From contig JAZNXS010000030.1 of the NCBI GenBank assembly GCA_045594025.1, forward strand, positions 3,230 to 67,229: DNA of 64,000 bases, given 5' to 3'. The translations under genes were made by a program, and so were the position numbers. The stretch comes from Candidatus Scatosoma sp. Lineage in GTDB: Bacteria > Bacillota > Clostridia > Christensenellales > Borkfalkiaceae. Positions 55,553 to 62,084 of the stretch are shown here, in pieces (within the stretch, counting starts at the first letter, position 1; the number at the start of each line of letters is the position of its first letter). Below the pieces are notes generated by a model. The model made no database searches, was not told where the DNA came from, and saw only the letters and a list, made by a program, of their open reading frames with translations.

Positions 55553-55736
55553 TCATCACGCCATAGGCGTGTATATCATCAAGGCGCAAGCCTTGTATAT
55601 CACCAACACAAAGTGTTGTATATCATCAAGGCGCAGATAGATACACGCTGATGCGTGATGATATACAGCTCCAAAGGAGCTGATGATATCCACCACACTT
55701 CGTGCGGTGATGATATACCAAGTCTGCGACTTGGAT
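55553..55736. repeat. Hairpin-ladder repeat, GTATATCATCA family
   Basis: GTATATCA(T/C)CA occurs at 55571, 55595 and 55618. The inverted TGATGATAT(A/C)C occurs at 55656, 55681 and 55708. Seven perfect mini-hairpins lie between them (CACGCCataGGCGTG, AAGGCgcaaGCCTT, AACACaaaGTGTT, CACGCtgatGCGTG, AGCTCCaaaGGAGCT, CACCaCACttcGTGcGGTG, CCAAGTCtgcGACTTGG). Confidence 0.75.
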
Positions 55737-55779
55737 AAAAAAATACTGCAGAAAATGTGTCCTTTTCTGCAGTATTTTT
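55733..55779 (-). terminator. Rho-independent terminator downstream of tRNA-Gly
   Basis: 15-bp stem AAATACTGCAGAAAA / TTTTCTGCAGTATTT flanked by A/T runs on both sides. Confidence 0.8.
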
Positions 55780-55854
55780 TGGAGCAGGTGACGAGAGTCG
55801 AACTCGCCGGGAACAGCTTGGGAAGCTGCCGCCATACCGCTAGGCGACACCTGC
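55780..55854 (-). tRNA. tRNA-Gly (anticodon CCC), CCA encoded
   Basis: The reverse complement is GCAGGTGTCGCCTAGCGGTATGGCGGCAGCTTCCCAAGCTGTTCCCGGCGAGTTCGACTCTCGTCACCTGCTCCA, which I folded into a cloverleaf by hand. Features: 7-bp acceptor stem, anticodon loop TTCCCAA, T-loop TTCGACT. Confidence 0.9.
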
Positions 55855-55968
55855 ATTTCAATCTTTACTTTCTTATTATATCCCTTTTAAAAGAAATTGT
55901 CAATCCTTTTTTGCTCTTCCTAAAAAATTTCTTTCATAATATGAAAAACGGGCGCTTTCGCCCGTCAA

Positions 55969-56349
55969 TCACTTCTTTAAACACGCCTTGCACGTGCCAT
56001 AAAATTCTACACTGTAACCACTCACTTGAAACCCATGATTCGCCGTTGCGATCAGTCCCTCCGTAGGAATCCCCGTCGCCATTACATCCGCTACTCTTCC
56101 GCACGTCAAACAACGTGCATGATAATGCGGCGCTACGTTATAATCATAACGTACCTCTTCCCCTGCCGTGCGCAATTCTAATGCCCTGCCGTTCGCCGCA
56201 AAACCTCCCAAAACTCGGAACACTGGTGCACGTGAAACAGTAGGGAAGTTTTCGTGCACATAGCCGTACACCTCCGTGGCTGTCGGGTGATCCAACGTTT
56301 TCAACGCATCATATATAATCTGCTTTTGCTTCGTTTGTCTTTCCTGCAT
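55969..56349 (-). CDS. Fur-family transcriptional regulator (Fur/PerR/Zur type not resolved)
   Basis: 126 aa. N-terminal winged helix, HYHARCLTCG and CKAC metal-site motifs. Confidence 0.8.
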   Translation of the reverse strand: MQERQTKQKQIIYDALKTLDHPTATEVYGYVHENFPTVSRAPVFRVLGGFAANGRALELRTAGEEVRYDYNVAPHYHARCLTCGRVADVMATGIPTEGLIATANHGFQVSGYSVEFYGTCKACLKK

Positions 56350-56474
56350 ACCACTTCCTCCTTTATTAAGATTGAGTACTGATTATAGTATAGCATAGAA
56401 TTTGTCGCTCGTCAAGAGTTTTCGATCAATTTTTTACAGTAAAGAAAAAGGCTCTTTTAACAGAGCCTTTTAGA

Positions 56475-58316
56475 TTATCTTACGTTGTTCACGTTGATGA
56501 TTGCAATTTCTTCACCCGTACCTGCATCTAAGAAAATATAATAATTTTCTTCCCCGTACGAACAAAGAAATTCATACGCCGCGCGTTCCCCTCTTGCGGT
56601 ATCTACCACAGCGAGACGGGAAGCCTCCACCGAGAGTTTTTCGCTGAGCTTTTTATAGGCGGTTTCCATGTTGATTTTTACATTCAACTCGTCCCTGCCC
56701 CTATGATTTTTTAAATATTTCGCAGCATCCATACCTGAAACAACCCCTCTGCTACGACATACTTTTACGTGTACCGTATCCGGATAATACACCACGCCAT
56801 CCTCTTCATAGACAAAGGTGAAATCCACCGTAGAGCCGTTCGCCTTATATCTTGCCACCGTCAAATCTTCATAACCAAGCGTCTTTAAAAATTCTTGCGC
56901 GATTCGTTCTGCGTTATCCATATCAAACTTCTCCGCAGAACATTCTTCATAGTAGTCAAAACGGATTAAATCACCGCTGTTTCTATCTACTTCGGCAAAC
57001 AACATCGAGCCTTTCTCATCAAACCCCTGCACGTTATAAGCCGAATACTTCTGGGTTACCGTTTCGCCAACACATTGAAATTCTTGAATATTATACTTAC
57101 TGAAATAGGTTGCGCAAAGCTCCTCCGCTTTTGCCGTATCCACGGCGGAACCTTTGTTTTCCGCGCCGTTGGATGACTTTGGTTGCATACCTGCCCCCTT
57201 CATTTCTTCCATTTTATTCTCAATAGCAGCCCTATTTTCCGCCAACGTCATATTCTCTAAATTATTCATAACGTCAGACAGCATTCCTTTGCCATCCTTC
57301 ATATAATCCATCCAATCCTGATCCGTCATTTTCTCTGTCAACTTATCCAACTCTGTACGAATAGAGTGGTTGGTTTTATACAAGCTTTCCAACGTTTCCA
57401 TGTCCTGTTTAGATAACGTTCCGCCGTTGCGAAGCTTTGAAAGCATTCTTTCGCTCTCTGCTGCCGTACGATTCAAAAATTCTGTGATGTTGCGTTCTTT
57501 TTCCATCGAAATCGGCAACTTTTCAAGATCCGCTTCCGCAAGACGAGCTTGCACCAAAAGATCGGTTAAAATACGGCTTTGCTGCATCGAAGAAGAGGAA
57601 ACGCGGATTCTATCCAAATCGTCGTCTACGTGTTCCATGATGCCCGTCAACTCGTACATGGTACCCCTCTGTGCAGTCATCATACCCTCTTTCATCGCTT
57701 TCATTTCCATAGCGCCAACGGTAACCGTTGTCGCTAAAGCCAAGGTTGTTACGCCAAGCGCCACAACTGCGGCAATCCAACCGCCATATCCTTTTTCGCG
57801 TTTTTTATTTCCATCCGCGTTGTTTTTGCGGTTTCGGTTTGCTCTGCGTTTTGCTCTTTCCTGATTTCTGTTCGCTTTGGCGTGCGCTCTTTCACGAATC
57901 TTTGCTTCCTTTTCCGCGGCGCGTTTTTCTGCAAGGGCTTTCTTTTCGGCTAAACGCTTTTCAATCACCGCCTTTCTTTCTGCAATTCGCTTTTCACGCG
58001 CGGCTTGGCGTTCTGCCTTTTTCTTGGCTTGCGCTTCTTTGCGCGCCGCCTGCTCTTTTTTCTTTTTTAATGCGCGTTCTACCCGTGCTTTTGCGGCTTC
58101 ACTTTCCTTATCCGCTTTGCTTTCCACACTTTTTTTCACCGTCTGTTTAACAGAGTCGCCAAGCGCGGAATCCCCTTTCGCGCTTTCTTTTTTTACAGTT
58201 TTAACCGCAGTTTTTGTTTTGCCGTTTTGTTCCTTTTTTAATTCCTTTTCAACCGTCTCCACCTTTTCCGCGCCCGAGGACACGTTGGTTGCGATTTCCG
58301 TTTCTTTCTTTTTCAT
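56475..58316 (-). CDS. ypeB: Germination protein YpeB-like with an extended K/E/A-rich N-terminus
   Basis: Start at ATG 58316 with an SD GGGGGAA. A TM segment (GWIAAVVALGVTTLALATTVTV) and PepSY-like C-terminal repeats are present. It lies directly downstream of sleB. Confidence 0.75.
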   Translation of the reverse strand: MKKKETEIATNVSSGAEKVETVEKELKKEQNGKTKTAVKTVKKESAKGDSALGDSVKQTVKKSVESKADKESEAAKARVERALKKKKEQAARKEAQAKKKAERQAAREKRIAERKAVIEKRLAEKKALAEKRAAEKEAKIRERAHAKANRNQERAKRRANRNRKNNADGNKKREKGYGGWIAAVVALGVTTLALATTVTVGAMEMKAMKEGMMTAQRGTMYELTGIMEHVDDDLDRIRVSSSSMQQSRILTDLLVQARLAEADLEKLPISMEKERNITEFLNRTAAESERMLSKLRNGGTLSKQDMETLESLYKTNHSIRTELDKLTEKMTDQDWMDYMKDGKGMLSDVMNNLENMTLAENRAAIENKMEEMKGAGMQPKSSNGAENKGSAVDTAKAEELCATYFSKYNIQEFQCVGETVTQKYSAYNVQGFDEKGSMLFAEVDRNSGDLIRFDYYEECSAEKFDMDNAERIAQEFLKTLGYEDLTVARYKANGSTVDFTFVYEEDGVVYYPDTVHVKVCRSRGVVSGMDAAKYLKNHRGRDELNVKINMETAYKKLSEKLSVEASRLAVVDTARGERAAYEFLCSYGEENYYIFLDAGTGEEIAIINVNNVR

Positions 58317-58341
58317 AATCTTTCCCCCTAAAAAATACCCC

Positions 58342-59100
58342 TTAAATAGCAAACACGTGTTTACCGATCACCGTGACCGTTTGTCGATCGAAAATCCAAG
58401 AACTAGTCGCTACCGCAGGATTGTAATAATAGAGCGCGCCGCCCGAAGGATCCCAACCGTTAATAGCATCCCTTGCGGCATTCATTGCCGTTTCGTTCGG
58501 CGTAAGGTTAATCTGTCCGTCGTCCACCGCCGTAAACGCGCCCTTTTGATATACGACACCTGCGACGGTGTTCGGAAATTGATTGCTACGAATGCGGTTC
58601 ATAATCACCGCGCCAATCGCCACCTGACCAGTGTACGGCTCGCCCCTGCCCTCCGCGTATATTGTTTTGGCAAGCAGATACACGTCCGAGCTTGTAAATC
58701 CGCCCGTATTACTTGTATTATTCTTCCCCACGAGCACTTGGTACGAGTTGTTCATCCCTAGCGCCTTATACGTTGACGCGCCAACAACGCCGTCCGCCGT
58801 TAAACCATTCTTTTTTTGAAACTTGATAACCGCCTCGCGAGTTCCTGCGCCGAAAACGCCATCCACGCTACCGTTATAATATCCCCACGTCTTCAACCGA
58901 CGCTGTACCTCTTTAACCTCGCCACCTTTTGCGCCTTGACGCAATACAGCAGCTGCAAGTACTTCGTTTTCCCTCGACTCCGTTACCACAGCCGATTCCG
59001 CATGGCTATTACAAATTTCCGCAATACCCGTAACCAGGGTCGGGGCCATGATTGCGCAAGCAAACGATACCAGCGCCAATTTCTTGATTGACTTCTTCAT
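58342..59100 (-). CDS. sleB: Spore cortex-lytic enzyme SleB
   Basis: Signal peptide. PG_binding_1-like segment (GEVKEVQRRLKTWGYYNGSVDGVFGAGTREAVIKFQKKNGLTADGVVG). Hydrolase_2-like C-terminus (AEGRGEPYTGQVAIGAVIMNRI). Confidence 0.88.
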   Translation of the reverse strand: MKKSIKKLALVSFACAIMAPTLVTGIAEICNSHAESAVVTESRENEVLAAAVLRQGAKGGEVKEVQRRLKTWGYYNGSVDGVFGAGTREAVIKFQKKNGLTADGVVGASTYKALGMNNSYQVLVGKNNTSNTGGFTSSDVYLLAKTIYAEGRGEPYTGQVAIGAVIMNRIRSNQFPNTVAGVVYQKGAFTAVDDGQINLTPNETAMNAARDAINGWDPSGGALYYYNPAVATSSWIFDRQTVTVIGKHVFAI

Positions 59101-59109
59101 TTTTTCCTC

Positions 59110-59676
59110 CTATTTATCTTTTTGAAACTCTTGAATAATTTCCAAAATTTTACTTTTATAAATCACGTTTGTATCCGTCGCGGCAAAACAAAGCGGTGGA
59201 TACACCACACACCACCAGTTGTCCCCCGCACCGCGCCCTAGATTGATGATAAGCGCGGAATACTCCCCGGCAGGCAACGTATAGTCACCATATACCCTCG
59301 TTGGAAAACTTTCCTTCTGCAAGGTTGCCGTCGCGCCATAGGGAAATCCCTCTTTTTGTAGCGTTTTCGTGGCAACCCTCTCCACCTGTTTTAAATGCCG
59401 AGCAATCCCCTCCATTGCAGCTTCTTTTGTAGTATACTCTGCGACAAGCGGCGTTAAATATTCCACAACGCATTCTTTGACGCGATATTTTACGGCTTGC
59501 GCGGCATCCTCGTTGGAATCCGCGCGAATATGAATCCGCAAATAATCGTTGTTTGCGCCCACATTACGAGAATTCGTCGCAGACATGGTGCTTCCATTTC
59601 GCGAAACTCCCCCAAAAGAAACTGCCGTTAAACTTATTATGATTGACAAAAGAAAAATTATGCAATTCTTTTTCAT
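59110..59676 (-). CDS. spoIIR: Stage II sporulation protein R
   Basis: Signal/TM N-terminus, the YLRIHIRADSNEDAAQAVKYRVKECV motif typical of SpoIIR, and WWCVVYPPLCF. Confidence 0.85.
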   Translation of the reverse strand: MKKNCIIFLLSIIISLTAVSFGGVSRNGSTMSATNSRNVGANNDYLRIHIRADSNEDAAQAVKYRVKECVVEYLTPLVAEYTTKEAAMEGIARHLKQVERVATKTLQKEGFPYGATATLQKESFPTRVYGDYTLPAGEYSALIINLGRGAGDNWWCVVYPPLCFAATDTNVIYKSKILEIIQEFQKDK

Positions 59677-59752
59677 AAAAAAATAACCTCCGTGATTTTA
59701 CACGGAAGTTATTCCCTCTTTTTTGTGATTTTATACCTATGAAACAATGCTT

Positions 59753-60256
59753 TTATTCAGCTTCACTCCATTTATGATGATGCAATTCCCCCTCTTCCAA
59801 AAGACCTTGATAATCGGTTTGCCGCAACGCTTCATATAAAGCTACCGCAACAGAGTTGCTTAAATTCAACGAACGAGCCTCCGAAAACATCGGGATACGC
59901 AGGCATTCCCCTTCGTGCTGTAATAACAGCTCTTCGGGCAAACCTTTCGTCTCCTTGCCAAACACCAAGAAATCCCCATCTTGGAACTTCACGTCGCTGT
60001 GGCGATGTCTTCCCTTAGTGGTAAAAAAGAAAAATCGGTTTTCGGAGTATTTCGCTTTTAATTCGTCAAAACTGTCGTAATAGGAAATACTGACGAGATT
60101 CCAGTAATCTAAGCCCGCCCTTTTTAAATACTTATCCGTCACCTCAAAACCTAAGGGGCGAATCATGTGTAAGTGCGTACCCGTAGCCGCACACGTACGC
60201 GCGATATTGCCTGCATTTTGCGGAATTTCCGGCTCAACTAAAACAATGTGGAACAT
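59753..60256 (-). CDS. trmL: tRNA (cytidine/uridine-2'-O)-methyltransferase TrmL (SpoU family)
   Basis: Start at ATG 60256 (MFHIVLVEPEIPQNAGNIARTC) with an SD AAGGAG. SPOUT motifs are present. Confidence 0.88.
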   Translation of the reverse strand: MFHIVLVEPEIPQNAGNIARTCAATGTHLHMIRPLGFEVTDKYLKRAGLDYWNLVSISYYDSFDELKAKYSENRFFFFTTKGRHRHSDVKFQDGDFLVFGKETKGLPEELLLQHEGECLRIPMFSEARSLNLSNSVAVALYEALRQTDYQGLLEEGELHHHKWSEAE

Positions 60257-60471
60257 ATTTACTCCTTGAAAGAATAGGGGCAGGTATGCGTTGAATATAA
60301 TTTTCGCCATGCCCCTTTATATATATTATTGTAGCGGATTTTTGCGGTTTTGGCAAGCGTTTTTCCATAGATTAACAACCCTGATGGCGGATAATCGAAA
60401 AAAAACGTCACATACTAACCGCAGAAGGAAAACGGAAGTCGAACACGGTTCACCTTCATAAGGAGTATTTT

Positions 60472-61068
60472 ATGCAATTTGAAAAAACGGAAACTTTTCT
60501 CAACCTCGCCCGCAGTTTTGCAGGCGAATGCCAGGCGGGAATGCGATATCAAATGATTGCAAAGCTTGCCATGAAAGAAGGCTTGAAAACTTTATCGGAT
60601 ACGGTAAAAACCATTGCTAAAAACGAAACGTTACACGCTACGCAATTCTTTAATAAGATTATTGAAAAATCGGGTAGCCGTGAAAATATTGTGTTTGATG
60701 CAGGCTATCCGTTCCATATGGGCACGTTAGAAGAAGGATTGAAGTTCGCCGCCGCTGATGAAAAAGCGGAAATGGAAGAAATCTACCCTAAGTTTGGTGA
60801 AATTGCCAAACAAGAAGGCTTTGAAGATATTGCCGCTTTATATAAAATGGTGGCAAACGTAGAACAGCATCATAACACAATCTTTCGCTATTTACACGAC
60901 GCTGTAAGAAACGGCACTTTGTATAAATGTGAAAGCCCAATTCTTTGGATTTGTAGCGAATGCGGTCATATGCACGTCTCCACAGAAGCATGGAAAGTTT
61001 GTCCGCTTTGTAAAGCAGGACAAGGCTACGTGGAATTGCATTTACCTTATGAAGGCGTAAGAGTATAA
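60472..61068 (+). CDS. rbr: Rubrerythrin
   Basis: Ferritin-like diiron E..E..H motifs plus a C-terminal rubredoxin-like CSECG...CPLC. Confidence 0.88.
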   Translation: MQFEKTETFLNLARSFAGECQAGMRYQMIAKLAMKEGLKTLSDTVKTIAKNETLHATQFFNKIIEKSGSRENIVFDAGYPFHMGTLEEGLKFAAADEKAEMEEIYPKFGEIAKQEGFEDIAALYKMVANVEQHHNTIFRYLHDAVRNGTLYKCESPILWICSECGHMHVSTEAWKVCPLCKAGQGYVELHLPYEGVRV

Positions 61069-61122
61069 CAAGCAAGGAAGCGTTTTCGAGTTCTTGGATT
61101 TCTATAAATAAGGAGAATTATT

Positions 61123-61257
61123 ATGAAAAACAATCAGAACAACAATCAAAACAAAAACAACCAGAATAACCAGAAAGCAAAAAACTGCGGCAATAAGAAT
61201 TGCGGCAACAAAAACTGCGGCGGCCACGATTACAATCACGGCGGTAACAACGACTAA
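61123..61257 (+). CDS. 44-aa Asn/Gln-rich peptide with three NCG(N/G)K repeats, not in the supplied ORF track
   Basis: Hand translation gives MKNNQNNNQNKNNQNNQKAKNCGNKNCGNKNCGGHDYNHGGNND. An SD AAGGAG lies 7 nt upstream of the ATG. Confidence 0.5.
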   Translation: MKNNQNNNQNKNNQNNQKAKNCGNKNCGNKNCGGHDYNHGGNND

Positions 61258-61412
61258 TGTCGGCAAAACGTACAGTTAATCGCGTACCTGCCCCCACCAA
61301 AAAGGCTTTAAACCTCTTTGAAGATGCAAAGCATTCGGATATAAACGGGAGTTATACGGGACGACCAAAAAATAAAAAAGAGATTCCCGTGCAGGATGCG
61401 GACGACTTATAA
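61257..61412 (+). CDS. 51-aa small protein translationally coupled to the preceding peptide
   Basis: A TAATG stop/start overlap links the two ORFs. Translation gives MSAKRTVNRVPAPTKKALNLFEDAKHSDINGSYTGRPKNKKEIPVQDADDL. A strong terminator follows. Confidence 0.45.
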   Translation: MSAKRTVNRVPAPTKKALNLFEDAKHSDINGSYTGRPKNKKEIPVQDADDL

Positions 61413-61452
61413 AAAAATCCACCGAGCTATTTGCTCGGTGGATGTCTTTTTA
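61413..61452 (+). terminator. Bidirectional rho-independent terminator
   Basis: CCACCGAGC tattt GCTCGGTGG flanked by an A-run and a T-run. Confidence 0.8.
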
Positions 61453-61453
61453 T

Positions 61454-61927
61454 TTAGAAATCGTCGTCGTCATCGTCGTCATCGTCATCGTCGTCATCAT
61501 CCATATCGTAATAATCGTCCGCCGATACGTATTCGAAGTCGTCTTCTCTTTCTTCAATTTCCTCTTCCTCTTCTTCCTCTTCTTCCTCATCGTCAAACTC
61601 GGAATCGGGAATACCAAGGTCGATTTCCTCTTCTTCATCGTCCAGATAACTTCTCCAGGACGCGTCCTCTTTTTCTTCGTCTTCCTCCACTTCGTCTTCG
61701 TAGGTGGATTTCTTTTTACACTCTTCGCACATCTTTTCGCCAAGAGCCATATAGTTCTCGCCGCAAAGAGGACAAAGCTCCGTTTCCTCTACCGCATCCT
61801 CTGCGTCAAAGCCGTCCGCAAACGTCTTTTCTCCACTCAATTCTTTTACGCATACGTCGCAATACTCTTGTTCGTCTGCGTCAATAAAATTCAATTCGCA
61901 TCTGGGGCAAATAATATATCTCGCCAT
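61454..61927 (-). CDS. Double zinc-ribbon protein with an extremely acidic tail ending in a 14-residue poly-Asp run
   Basis: Four CxxC motifs (CPRC, CDVC, CPLC, CEEC), then a D/E-rich tail ending in 14 consecutive Asp and a final Phe. 157 aa. Confidence 0.65.
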   Translation of the reverse strand: MARYIICPRCELNFIDADEQEYCDVCVKELSGEKTFADGFDAEDAVEETELCPLCGENYMALGEKMCEECKKKSTYEDEVEEDEEKEDASWRSYLDDEEEEIDLGIPDSEFDDEEEEEEEEEEIEEREDDFEYVSADDYYDMDDDDDDDDDDDDDDF

Positions 61928-62084
61928 CTGATTTTCCTCTATATCATGATTTTGCTATATTATATTAAGATTTCTCAATTTTGTAAACTGTTTTTTACCC
62001 TATTTTTTAAAGTTTTTATGTTTTTTACTTATTTTTTTGCAAAGAAAAGTCGTTTCCGTTATGGAAACGACTTTTTTCCTCATT

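Noticed and set aside
46900-55900. Search for integrase, transposase, recombinase or phage genes in the AT-rich accessory block
   Set aside because: None of the ORFs shows tyrosine- or serine-recombinase or DDE motifs by eye. The block is therefore reported as a probable island remnant, not as a mobile element.
57877-58761. 294-aa plus-strand ORF
   Set aside because: It is antisense to the ypeB N-terminal K/E/A-rich region and the sleB 3' end. It is low-complexity F/S/A-rich and has no start context.
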